Source: Angustibacter luteus (GTDB lineage Bacteria; Actinomycetota; Actinomycetes; Actinomycetales; Angustibacteraceae). From it: a stretch of DNA of 64,000 nt. A program made the translations under genes and the position numbers. Shown here piece after piece: positions 16,532 to 25,520 of the stretch. Within the stretch, counting starts at the first letter, position 1. Every line of letters starts with the position of its first letter. The stretch lies in the NCBI RefSeq assembly GCF_039541115.1, contig NZ_BAABFP010000005.1, forward strand, positions 744,001-808,000, read 5' to 3'. The notes under the pieces are model-generated. The model was not told the DNA's origin. It made no database searches and saw only the letters and a list, made by a program, of their open reading frames with translations.

Positions 16532-18262
16532 ATGAGCGGGGCGCCGACCCTGGCCGAGGCTCCGCCGCGGGCGTTCCCCGGTGCCTCCTGCGGGGCGGAC
16601 GTCGTCCCCGGGCGGGTGTCGAGGGTGCTGGACGTCGCGACCGAGCTGGAGCAGGTCTGCGACGGCCTGCTGCGGCTGTCCGCGTTGATGCAGCGGATCG
16701 CCGTCCCCGGCTGGCAGGGCCGGGCTGCGCGCTGGTGCCAGCACGCGATCTCGTTCGACTCGCGCCCGGTGGGTCGAGCCGGGTCCGTGATGGCCCAGGC
16801 CGCCGACCACCTCCGCCAGCACGCCGCCGTCCTGGCCCGGGCGCAGCAGGTCGCGCAGGACGCGGTGACCGCCGACCTGCAGGCCGCGCGGGTGACCGCC
16901 GACTGGGCGCGCGCGGGCGCCGCCGGCCGCGACCCGATGGCGGACACCCGGATGATGCTGACGGAACAGGTCGACCGCGCCCGGACCCAGGTCCGCGCCA
17001 GCGGGGCCGATGCGGCGGCCGCGCTCAGGTCGGCCCGTGACCTCGCTCCACAGCACTCGACGCTCCAGCGTCAGCTCAGCCGCGCGCTGGACTCCGCCGA
17101 GGACATCGACGTCGGACTGGTCAAGGGAACCGCCGACCTCCTGGCGCCTCTGCTGCTCACCTCCGTGCAGCAGACGGTGAACCCCACCGGCTACCGGGGT
17201 GACGATGCGGCCCAGGCGCTCCGGGGAGCCGCGACTCATCCGGGCAGGACCACCCGCGCGCTGCTCGACCTCGACACCTGGGACGAGAGCAAGACGGTGT
17301 GGGGCGCGAGCCTGGTCCCGGCCACGCTCGTCACCGTGGCGACTGCCGGCACCGGGTCGGCGGCTCGGCTGTCCACGTTCGCGGCGCGGGTGCACTCGAT
17401 GGCGCCGGGCGCCGAAGGACTCGCACTGCGCACGGCGATCCGCGAGCAACGGCTGTACGGCCGCGAAGGGCTGAGGGTGCGGGACCTGACGCCGTACGCG
17501 AGCGAGCCCAGCCGGATCGGCACGGTGACCCGGCTGGCACCGCTGGACCACGCGGTGGCGAAGGCGGTCGCCCGAGACGCTGCGCACGCCGAGCCGGGCG
17601 TGACGCCACGGATCGAGCGGGTGGCCGACCGCCTGGGCGGCACCCGGGAGTACCCCGACACCGTGCTCAAGGGCGGGGCGTCGCTGAACCGGAAGCTCGC
17701 CGGTGACCTGGCCGGGGCCAGCGGGCGCCCGGCCCCGGTGGCCGGGCGGGTCAACGACGCCGTGCGGTACACGATCGTGTACCCCGACGACGTCTACGTC
17801 GCCCGATCGGTGCAGACCGTCGAACAGCTGCGGCACGAGGGGTTTCAGGTCGTCGAAGCCAAGTCGTTCTGGGGCAAGGAGCGCTACCAGGGGCTCAACA
17901 TCACGGTGCGCGACCCGGTCAGCGGCCGGCTGCTGGAGGTGCAGACGCACACCGCGGACAGCTTCCGCGCCGGCGGCGAGACGCACGCCGACTACGACCT
18001 CTACCGGGACGTCGGTATCGACCCCGAGCGCAAGGCAGCGCTCGAGCGGGTGATCGGCGACCGCTACCGGCTGGTGCCACCCCCGCCGGGCATCGGTGAC
18101 CTGCCGGCTGCACTCGCCCGGCTCGGCCAGGACGCACCGGCCACCTCGACCGCACCCGGACTGCTCAGCCACGACCCGCGCGCGGTCGCGCAGAACGCGG
18201 CGGCGACGCTCGGCGCCACCGGGGCGACGCGGGCGAGCGCGACACCCGCCGACGAACCGTGA
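16532..18262 (+). CDS. Putative type VII-secreted polymorphic toxin: N-terminal WXG-like region plus C-terminal RelA/SpoT-like (small alarmone synthetase) domain
   Basis: N-terminal GWQGRAA and helical repeats; C-terminal LKGGASLNRKL, NDAVRYTIV, KSFW..YQGLN, LEVQTHT, H.DY..YR. Confidence 0.7.
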   Translation: MSGAPTLAEAPPRAFPGASCGADVVPGRVSRVLDVATELEQVCDGLLRLSALMQRIAVPGWQGRAARWCQHAISFDSRPVGRAGSVMAQAADHLRQHAAVLARAQQVAQDAVTADLQAARVTADWARAGAAGRDPMADTRMMLTEQVDRARTQVRASGADAAAALRSARDLAPQHSTLQRQLSRALDSAEDIDVGLVKGTADLLAPLLLTSVQQTVNPTGYRGDDAAQALRGAATHPGRTTRALLDLDTWDESKTVWGASLVPATLVTVATAGTGSAARLSTFAARVHSMAPGAEGLALRTAIREQRLYGREGLRVRDLTPYASEPSRIGTVTRLAPLDHAVAKAVARDAAHAEPGVTPRIERVADRLGGTREYPDTVLKGGASLNRKLAGDLAGASGRPAPVAGRVNDAVRYTIVYPDDVYVARSVQTVEQLRHEGFQVVEAKSFWGKERYQGLNITVRDPVSGRLLEVQTHTADSFRAGGETHADYDLYRDVGIDPERKAALERVIGDRYRLVPPPPGIGDLPAALARLGQDAPATSTAPGLLSHDPRAVAQNAAATLGATGATRASATPADEP

Positions 18263-18354
18263 CCCGGTCCCCCAGCGGCGGGACCCGCGGGCGGGCCACG
18301 AGCCTCCCGCTCTGACAGGATCATCCGGGTCGAGTCGAGCGAGGGAGCGGACGA

Positions 18355-19119
18355 ATGGGTGCACTGGACGGACGCGTGGCACTGGTCACCGGGGCGGCAC
18401 GAGGTATCGGCGCCGCAACGGCACGTCGACTGGCGGCGGACGGCGCGAAGGTCGCCCTGCTGGACCTCGACGAGTCGGCTGCAGCCGCCACCGCCAAGGA
18501 CATTGCGTCGGAGGTCTCCGCGGACGCGATCGGGGTCGGTGCGGACGTGCGGGACCCCGAGGCGGTCCAGCGCGCGGTCGACACGGTCGTCGAGCGACTG
18601 GGGGGTCTGCACATCCTGGTCAACAACGCCGGCGTGACCAGGGACAACCTGCTGTTCAAGCTCAGCGAGGAGGACTGGGACACCGTCATCGGCGTGCACC
18701 TGAAGGGCGCGTACCTGATGAGCAAGGCCGCTCAGCAGCACTTCGTGGCGCAGAAGCACGGCCGGATCGTGAACCTGTCGAGCGTCTCGGCGCTGGGCAA
18801 CCGGGGTCAGGCCAACTACTCGGCGGCGAAGATGGGCCTGCAGGGGTTCACCCGCACCCTCGCGATCGAGCTCGGCCCGTTCGGGGTGACGGTGAACGCG
18901 GTGGCACCCGGCTTCGTGGTCACCGAGATGACCGATGCGACTGCGGCCCGGTTGGGCATCACCCCGGACCAGCTGCGGGAGGTGAGCGCGCAGGCGGCGC
19001 CGGTGCGGCGGGTGGGGTACCCCGATGACATCGCGAACGCCATCGCGTTCTTCGCCAGTGACGCCGCGTCGTTCGTCACCGGGCAGACGCTGTACGTCGA
19101 CGGAGGCGCCAAGCTCTGA
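18355..19119 (+). CDS. fabG: 3-oxoacyl-ACP reductase-like SDR
   Basis: TGAARGIG, NNAGVTRDNL, GNRGQANYSAAK. Confidence 0.85.
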   Translation: MGALDGRVALVTGAARGIGAATARRLAADGAKVALLDLDESAAAATAKDIASEVSADAIGVGADVRDPEAVQRAVDTVVERLGGLHILVNNAGVTRDNLLFKLSEEDWDTVIGVHLKGAYLMSKAAQQHFVAQKHGRIVNLSSVSALGNRGQANYSAAKMGLQGFTRTLAIELGPFGVTVNAVAPGFVVTEMTDATAARLGITPDQLREVSAQAAPVRRVGYPDDIANAIAFFASDAASFVTGQTLYVDGGAKL

Positions 19120-19120
19120 C

Positions 19121-20170
19121 CTACGGACGCAGGGTCTCGTCCCGGGTGAGGCCCTGCTGGCGCAGCGACTCCACGATCCCGTGGCCGTTGGACGCCTGCA
19201 CCCAGGGCACGTCGGCTGTCGTCGCGGAGACGCGCTGACCCACCCGGGGTGTCGGCGTCCCGTGCGTGAGGACCTGCTCGGTGAGGCCGAGCTGGCGGAT
19301 GGCGACCAGGCGGATGTGGTCGGGCCGCGCCCAGGCGAGCTCCTCGTACAGGGCGGGGTCGTGCTGGCCGTCGTCGCCGACCAGCACCCAACGCATCTGT
19401 GGGAACTCGTCGACGAGCCGGCGCAGGGTCCGGCGCTTGTGGTCCTGCCCGGACCGGAACCAGCCGTCGGGGGTCGGACCCCAGTCGGTCAGCAGCAGCG
19501 GTCCGTCCGGGAACCCGCGCCGCCGCAGGAAGCGTTGCAGCGCAGGGGCCAGGTTCCAGGCACCGGTCGAGACGTAGACCACGAAGGCTCCGGGGTGGTG
19601 CCGGGTGAGGGTGCGGTACAGCTCGGCCATCCCGGGGACCGGCCGCCGCGACTCCTCGTGCCGGACGAAGGTGTTCCAGAAGGCCAGGAACGGTCGCGGC
19701 AGCGCGGTCACCAGGACCGTGTCGTCGATGTCGCTGATGATCCCGAGCCGCTCGTCCGTCCCGACGATGCGGATGGGCGCCTCCGCCACACCTGCTCCGC
19801 TGATCCGCATCTCGGCCGTGGTCCAGCCCGGTTCGAGCGCGACCTCGACCACGACGTCGATGTACCCGCCGCGGCCGGACTCGACGACCTGCCGCCGTCC
19901 GCCGACGTCCACGACGACCGGCACCCCGCCCAGCTTGGCGCTGACGAAGTGCCGCCAACCGCGGACCGCCACGTCGCTGCGCTGGCCCACCCCGGGCGGG
20001 GACAGGAGCACCCGGCCGAGCACGCGGGCGTTGGACGGCGTGCCGTAGCCGACGTAGGGGATGACCCGGGGACGCCAGCCGCGACGGAACAGGAGCCGGG
20101 CGAGAGCCCGCTCGAACGCGTCCTCGGTGCGGGCCGCACGGTGCATCTGCTCGTCCGCTGGCGTGCTCAC
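19121..20170 (-). CDS. App1 family (DUF2183) phosphatase-like protein
   Basis: GIISDIDDTV, YVSTGAWNL, GPLLLTDWG, LVGDDGQHDP. Confidence 0.85.
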   Translation of the reverse strand: MSTPADEQMHRAARTEDAFERALARLLFRRGWRPRVIPYVGYGTPSNARVLGRVLLSPPGVGQRSDVAVRGWRHFVSAKLGGVPVVVDVGGRRQVVESGRGGYIDVVVEVALEPGWTTAEMRISGAGVAEAPIRIVGTDERLGIISDIDDTVLVTALPRPFLAFWNTFVRHEESRRPVPGMAELYRTLTRHHPGAFVVYVSTGAWNLAPALQRFLRRRGFPDGPLLLTDWGPTPDGWFRSGQDHKRRTLRRLVDEFPQMRWVLVGDDGQHDPALYEELAWARPDHIRLVAIRQLGLTEQVLTHGTPTPRVGQRVSATTADVPWVQASNGHGIVESLRQQGLTRDETLRP

Positions 20171-20232
20171 GGCCCCACTCTAGAAGGGTCGCCGGGCGCG
20201 CACCGGGGAAGGACGGCCCGTACGGTGAGGCG

Positions 20233-20862
20233 GTGAGCGAGCGACTCGAGCTGGACGTGGCGGACCTGGACCGGTGGGCCACCTACCCGTGGCTGACGGC
20301 GGTGGTGGTCCCCCGGCCGATCGCCTGGGTGTCCACCCGGTCGGCCGCCGGGGTGACCAACCTGGCGCCGCACTCCTTCTTCACGGTCGCGTCCGCGGAA
20401 CCACCGGTGGTCTCGTTCACGTCGGTACGCACCAAGGACTCGCTCACCAACATCCGTGAGACCGGGGAGTTCGTCGTGAACTTCGCCCCGCGGACCCTGG
20501 CCGAGCAGGTCAACCGGACCGGCACGGACTTCCCGCCGGACGTCGACGAGCTGGCGGCCGCCGGCCTCACCGCCGAGTCGAGCCGGTTGGTTCGACCCGT
20601 CCGGGTGGCCGAGTCGCCCGTGTCGCTGGAGTGCGTCTTGGCCGGCGAGCACTCGTTCCGCGACGAGCGGGACCACGGCAGCACCGTCGTGTTCGGGCGC
20701 GTCGTGCACCTGTCCGTGTCGCGTGAGGTGCTGGCCGCGGACGGCCTGCCCGACGTGCGCGCGCTGCACCCGGCCAGCCGGCTCGGTCGTGACCAGTGGG
20801 GAGCCCTGGGTGAGGTCTTCGAGCTGGCCCGCGAGCCGTACCACGAACCGGCCGAGAGGTGA
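20233..20862 (+). CDS. Flavin reductase family protein
   Basis: VVPRPIAWVST, NLAPHSFF, KDSLTNIRETGEFVVN. Confidence 0.88.
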   Translation: MSERLELDVADLDRWATYPWLTAVVVPRPIAWVSTRSAAGVTNLAPHSFFTVASAEPPVVSFTSVRTKDSLTNIRETGEFVVNFAPRTLAEQVNRTGTDFPPDVDELAAAGLTAESSRLVRPVRVAESPVSLECVLAGEHSFRDERDHGSTVVFGRVVHLSVSREVLAADGLPDVRALHPASRLGRDQWGALGEVFELAREPYHEPAER

Positions 20863-20868
20863 CCCGTG

Positions 20869-20897
20869 CTCAAGCCGACGGCCCGCCGTGCCGACAA
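20869..20897 (+). promoter_or_regulatory. Sigma-28 (FliA/WhiG)-like promoter
   Basis: CTCAAG-N15-GCCGACAA, 6 nt upstream of ATG 20904. Confidence 0.5.
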
Positions 20898-20903
20898 CTC
20901 AGC

Positions 20904-22196
20904 ATGAGTTCTGCACTGCGCCATGCCCTGCGCGTTGGCCTGCGCCCTGGCCTGCTGCTGCTCGCCCTCGTCGGCGTGCTGGCGGGGCTGCAGTCCGCCA
21001 CCACCACCGCGACGGCGACCGCGACGGCGTCGTCCTCGGCCGCCACGTCGGCCGCGGCTCCCAGCGCGCTGCACCCCTACAGCGACCCGACGGTGTTCCC
21101 GCTGCGCAAGCCGGCCTCGGTGTCCTGCGTGCTGTCGAACTGCCCTGGGCCGTACCACGGCCACTGGGCCATCGACTTCGGCGGCACCAAGGGTGACCCC
21201 GTGCACGCGGCCGGCGCCGGCGTGTTCCACGTCGGCGCGATCGACCGGTCCTGCCCGGACGCGGGCGTGACGGCCGGCACCTGGGCCTGGGTGGACCACG
21301 GTGCCGCCGGAGTCACGCGGTACAACCACCTGGACTCGATCGTGGCGAAGGACGGTGCGCTCGTCACCCCCGACACCGTGATCGGCACCATGGGGAACTG
21401 GGGCAACACCAAGCCCTGCCGGGTCAGCTACCTGCACCTGGAGTTCCGCGCGGAGCGGCTCAGCGGACCGTTCCGACCGATCCCGTCGATGAACGCCTGC
21501 CTGTCGGGCGTGCCGGTCGCCTTCCCGTCCGAGTTCGGGTACTCGTCCTGGAACTCCATCCCGGTGGACCAGGTCCACACACCAGCGGTGACCAGTGACT
21601 GCCTGGCGCCGGCGGCGACCCCGAACCGGCCCACGCTGAGTGCGCAGCGGGGTTCCCGGTCAGTGCTGGTGGTCCCCTCGGCGCGCCCGGCGGGGGTCGG
21701 GCTCGTGCGGATCAAGGCGGAGATGTACCACCCGAGCCTGCACGCGTACACGCTGCTCAAGTACCGGGACCTGCCGCCCACCCAGCGCGCGACGACGTTC
21801 GGTGGCCTGCTGGACGGGCGGACCTACCGGTTCAGCGCGGCGTACCACAACGCCTCGGGATGGAGTGCCTGGTCGACGACGCACTCCGCCATTCCCGCTT
21901 CGGTGCCGACCACCCCGCGGTACCGCGGTCTGTCGGCATCGAGCACCACGGTGAGCCACCTCTGGTACCGCAGCACCAGCCTGGGCACCTCGGCCGCCAC
22001 CTACCAGGCAGCTCGGCGCTGCACGGTCGGCGGCACGTTGCGCCCGTGGTCGTACGCGACCGTGCCGACGCCTGCCATCAGCTACCAGTGGCGCAACCTG
22101 CCCCGCGGCACCGTCTGCCAGGTCACCGTGCGCGCGCACAACCCGGTCGGGTGGAGCGGCTGGTCCCCCCGGCACTCGATCCGCACCAAGCGCTGA
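20904..22196 (+). CDS. Secreted M23 peptidase-family protein with C-terminal fibronectin type III-like domains
   Basis: Signal peptide; HWAIDF (HxxxD), TRYNHL, IGTMGNWG, YLHLEF; FN3-like YRFSAAYHNASGWSAWS and QVTVRAHNPVGWSGWS. Confidence 0.75.
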   Translation: MSSALRHALRVGLRPGLLLLALVGVLAGLQSATTTATATATASSSAATSAAAPSALHPYSDPTVFPLRKPASVSCVLSNCPGPYHGHWAIDFGGTKGDPVHAAGAGVFHVGAIDRSCPDAGVTAGTWAWVDHGAAGVTRYNHLDSIVAKDGALVTPDTVIGTMGNWGNTKPCRVSYLHLEFRAERLSGPFRPIPSMNACLSGVPVAFPSEFGYSSWNSIPVDQVHTPAVTSDCLAPAATPNRPTLSAQRGSRSVLVVPSARPAGVGLVRIKAEMYHPSLHAYTLLKYRDLPPTQRATTFGGLLDGRTYRFSAAYHNASGWSAWSTTHSAIPASVPTTPRYRGLSASSTTVSHLWYRSTSLGTSAATYQAARRCTVGGTLRPWSYATVPTPAISYQWRNLPRGTVCQVTVRAHNPVGWSGWSPRHSIRTKR

Positions 22197-22213
22197 ACCG
22201 GACCGCGGGAACG

Positions 22214-22250
22214 CCGACGCCGGACGACGCGGTGCGTCGTCCGGCGTCGG
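22214..22250. terminator. 17-bp stem hairpin between convergent genes
   Basis: CCGACGCCGGACGACGC-ggt-GCGTCGTCCGGCGTCGG. Confidence 0.75.
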
Positions 22251-22279
22251 GTCGTGCCGAGCCTCGGTGCTGAGGCCCG

Positions 22280-22417
22280 TCAGGCGATCTTGAGGAGCGC
22301 GAGCTCGTCGTCGTACTCGGCGGCCAGTCGCTGGATCAGGGCGGTGTCGTCGTCGGCCACAGCCTGGTTGACCCGCTCGATGAACGTGATCTCGAGGGCA
22401 GTCTTGGTGCTGGACAT
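22280..22417 (-). CDS. Small hypothetical protein (45 aa)
   Basis: GAAGGGG RBS; GC3-rich codons; MSSTKTALEITFIERVNQAV. Confidence 0.6.
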   Translation of the reverse strand: MSSTKTALEITFIERVNQAVADDDTALIQRLAAEYDDELALLKIA

Positions 22418-22582
22418 GGGATCGTCCCCTTCTGGTGGGGCCCCGTCGTCGCCGGACATCGTCGTCGTGATCAGCGCCTCGTGCGCTACGGCAGGACTGG
22501 TGGCCCACGACCCAGCGTACGGGCCGTCACCACGGCGGGGCGTGGAAGACAACGGTGTCAGACGGTGAGTCGCCTCACACGC

Positions 22583-23365
22583 TCAGATTCCTTGCCAGTC
22601 GGGCTTTCCGTCCCAGACCTGCTCGTAGTACCCGCGCAGGGTGAGCAGGCCGGCCGCCTCCGGGTCGAGCAGCACTGTGACGTGCGGGTGCAGCTGCAGC
22701 ACGGACGCCGGGCAGGAGGCGCTCACCGGACCCTCCACCATCGCTGCGACGGCGGCTGCCTTGGCCGCCCCCGAAGCCAGCAGCACCAGGTGCCGAGCCT
22801 CGCTGATGGTGCCCAGGCCCTGGGTGATCACGTGGTGCGGCACGTCGTCGACGCGGTCGAAGAACCTGGCGTTGTCCTGCCGGGTCTGCGCGGTCAAGGT
22901 CTTCACCCGCGTGCGCGAGGCGAGCGAGGAACCGGGCTCGTTGAACGCCAGGTGCCCGTCGGTGCCGATCCCGAGCAGCTGCAGGTCCACTCCCCCGGCG
23001 GCGGCGATGGCCTGCTCGTACTGCCCGCACGCGGCCGGGACGTCGTCCGTGTCACCGTTGGGCCCGTGCACGGCCCCGTCCGCGAAGTCGACCCGGCCCA
23101 CCAGCTCGCGGTCGATGACCTGGCGGTAGGCCTCGGGGTGCCCCGCCGGCAGCCCGACGTACTCGTCGAGCGTGAACGCGCGCGCCGCGGCGAACGACAC
23201 CTGGCCCGCCTGGTGCGCGTCCACCAGCGCGTCGTACACGGGCAGCGGACTCGACCCGGTGGCCAGGCCGAGCACCGCAGAAGGCTTGCGGCGCAACAGG
23301 TCCGTGATCGCCGCGGCGGCGAGCCCGGCCCGGGCGGCCGTTGTCGGCAGGATGACGACCTCCAC
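22583..23365 (-). CDS. nagB: Glucosamine-6-phosphate deaminase
   Basis: LGLATGSSP, LDEYVGL, GIGTDGHLAFNEPGS. Confidence 0.93.
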   Translation of the reverse strand: MEVVILPTTAARAGLAAAAITDLLRRKPSAVLGLATGSSPLPVYDALVDAHQAGQVSFAAARAFTLDEYVGLPAGHPEAYRQVIDRELVGRVDFADGAVHGPNGDTDDVPAACGQYEQAIAAAGGVDLQLLGIGTDGHLAFNEPGSSLASRTRVKTLTAQTRQDNARFFDRVDDVPHHVITQGLGTISEARHLVLLASGAAKAAAVAAMVEGPVSASCPASVLQLHPHVTVLLDPEAAGLLTLRGYYEQVWDGKPDWQGI

Positions 23366-23367
23366 GG

Positions 23368-24516
23368 TCAGACCACCTCCACGCCGTCGGTCAGGACTCG
23401 GCCGACCTCCAGTGCGTCGTCCAGCACGACGAGGTCCGCAGGGTCGCCGGGCCGCAGCCGACCCAGCTCAACTCCTCGCTGCTCGCAGCCCAGCAGGCGC
23501 GCCGGTCCGGTGGTCGCGGCCCGGATCGCGGTGAGCTCGTCGGCGCCGACCCGGACGGCCTCGCGGATCGACCCAGCCAACGTCGTGATGCTGCCGGCGA
23601 TCACCCCGTCCGCGTCCCGGGCCACTCCCGCCCGCACGGTCACGGTGCGTCCGCCCAGCTCGTAGTCCCCGTCACCCTGACCCGCTGCGGCCATCGCGTC
23701 GGTCACCAGGATCCAGCCACCGCAGGCGGCTGCCAGTGCCACCCGCAACGTCTCGTCGGCCAGGTGCACGCCGTCGCAGATCAGCTGGACGACGACGTCC
23801 GGGCGGCTCAGCGCAGCACCGGCCAGGCCGGGCTCACGGGCGGCCAACGGGGCCATCGCGTTGAAGAGGTGGGTCACGGTGCGGGCGCCGGCGTCGAACG
23901 CCGCGTGGGCGTCGGCCGCACTGCAGGCGCTGTGCCCCAACGAGACCAGCAGACCGTGCGCGGCCGCCCAGCGGACCACGTCGACGGCATCCGGCAGGTC
24001 GGGCGCGAGGGTGAGCCCCACCACCGCGGACTCCCCCACCAGGGCACGCAGCTCGTCCACCGCGGGCGCGCGGAGGTGCTCGGGCGCGTGCACCCCGGCC
24101 CGCTGCGGTGAGAGGAACGGCCCCTCGAGAGCGGCGCCGAGCAGTCGTGCCGTCGCCGGAGCGTCCGGCCGCTGCCTCGGGGTCGCGGCCTCGCCCCGGG
24201 CCCGGACGTCCACGTGCCGCAGGGCCGCGGCAGTGCGCTCCGGTGCGGCCGTGACGAGGTTCGCCACGAACGCGGTGACGCCGTCGCGAGCCAGCGCCTG
24301 AGCGGCGCGCGCCCAGCCGTCCTCGTCGGCGTCCAGCAGGTCCACGCCGCCGTACCCGTTGACCTGCAGGTCGACCAACCCGGGAACCGCGGTGCCGGTG
24401 GCCGCCGGCGGCAGACCGACGGCAGTCACCCGGCCGTCCGTCACCTCGACGTCACCGGGCACCAGGACGTCGTCCACGACGGCGCGCGCGACGCCCAGCC
24501 GGCGGGCGCCGCTCAC
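23368..24516 (-). CDS. nagA: N-acetylglucosamine-6-phosphate deacetylase
   Basis: PGLVDLQVNG, LEGPFLS, GHS, THLFNAM, DGVH, VTDAM; GTGA overlap with the upstream gene. Confidence 0.9.
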   Translation of the reverse strand: MSGARRLGVARAVVDDVLVPGDVEVTDGRVTAVGLPPAATGTAVPGLVDLQVNGYGGVDLLDADEDGWARAAQALARDGVTAFVANLVTAAPERTAAALRHVDVRARGEAATPRQRPDAPATARLLGAALEGPFLSPQRAGVHAPEHLRAPAVDELRALVGESAVVGLTLAPDLPDAVDVVRWAAAHGLLVSLGHSACSAADAHAAFDAGARTVTHLFNAMAPLAAREPGLAGAALSRPDVVVQLICDGVHLADETLRVALAAACGGWILVTDAMAAAGQGDGDYELGGRTVTVRAGVARDADGVIAGSITTLAGSIREAVRVGADELTAIRAATTGPARLLGCEQRGVELGRLRPGDPADLVVLDDALEVGRVLTDGVEVV

Positions 24517-25520
24517 GACACCTCCTGGGCCGTCGTCTCCGACACGGCGACCGACGAGGCGGCGACCGCGGAACCGGCGACGGGGGGCGAGACCAGGCTC
24601 TCGCGGGCCAGCACCGCCGCCCCGACCGCAGCCACCGGCGACTGCGTGGGCAGCAGCGACACCCGCTCCGACAGGCGCATCGCGGCGAGCAGGGGCGACT
24701 GCTTCTCGGCGGCCACGAGCTCGCGGCGCACGGCCGCCAGCAACGGCTGACCCACCTCGGTCACCCCACCGGCCAGCAGCACGCTCTCGACGTCCCAGGC
24801 CAGGACGAGCAACCGGACCGCGGCGGCGACACCACCACCAAATGTCCGGACCGCCTCGACGGCCTGCGCGTTCCCGGCGGCCGCTGCCGACCACACCGAC
24901 CCGCCGCTGGCCGCGGGTGTGCCGGTGGCACGCCAGGCCGCGGACAGCGCAGAGCCCGACGCCACCGTCTCGAGGCAGCCGCGCTGCCCGCAGGAGCACC
25001 AGGCGCCGGCCGGGTCCACCGGGATGTGCCCGATCTCCCCCGCCGCCCCCCGCGACCCGCGGTGCAGCTGGCCGTCCACCACGATGCCGGCCGCGAGGCC
25101 GGTGCCGATGCTGAGCACGGCCAGGTCGGCGTGCGCCGAGCCGGCCAGCCGGTGCGCGCCGACCGCAACCGCGTTCACGTCGTTCTCGACGGCCACGGGT
25201 ACGGCCAGCCGGTGCTCCAGCGCCGCGGCGAGGTGCACCGGGTCGGCGCCGAGGTCGAGGTTGACCGCGTGCGAGACCGAGCCGTTGGTCGGGTGCACCA
25301 GGCCCGGGATGCCGACGCCGACGCCGCGCAGCTGGGACGGCGCGGTGCCGGCCATGGCAGCGGCCTGGCGCACCGCCTCGACGGCGGTCGTGACGACGCC
25401 CTCGGCGCCGCGCCGGGTGGGCAGCCGGACCTGCCCGACCACCCGGTTCGCGGCGTCCACGACCACCGCGAGCGCCTTGGATCCCCCGATGTCGACCCCG
25501 GCGTAGAGGTCTGCGGTCAC
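24513..25520 (-). CDS. ROK family sugar kinase (GlcNAc kinase-like)
   Basis: GVDIGGSK, ENDVNA, GEIGH, CSCGQRGCLE; no HTH. Confidence 0.85.
   Translation of the reverse strand: MTADLYAGVDIGGSKALAVVVDAANRVVGQVRLPTRRGAEGVVTTAVEAVRQAAAMAGTAPSQLRGVGVGIPGLVHPTNGSVSHAVNLDLGADPVHLAAALEHRLAVPVAVENDVNAVAVGAHRLAGSAHADLAVLSIGTGLAAGIVVDGQLHRGSRGAAGEIGHIPVDPAGAWCSCGQRGCLETVASGSALSAAWRATGTPAASGGSVWSAAAAGNAQAVEAVRTFGGGVAAAVRLLVLAWDVESVLLAGGVTEVGQPLLAAVRRELVAAEKQSPLLAAMRLSERVSLLPTQSPVAAVGAAVLARESLVSPPVAGSAVAASSVAVSETTAQEVS

Noticed and set aside
18263..18354. Immunity gene downstream of the toxin
   Set aside because: Only 92 bp before the fabG start, with no plausible ORF or RBS other than that of fabG.
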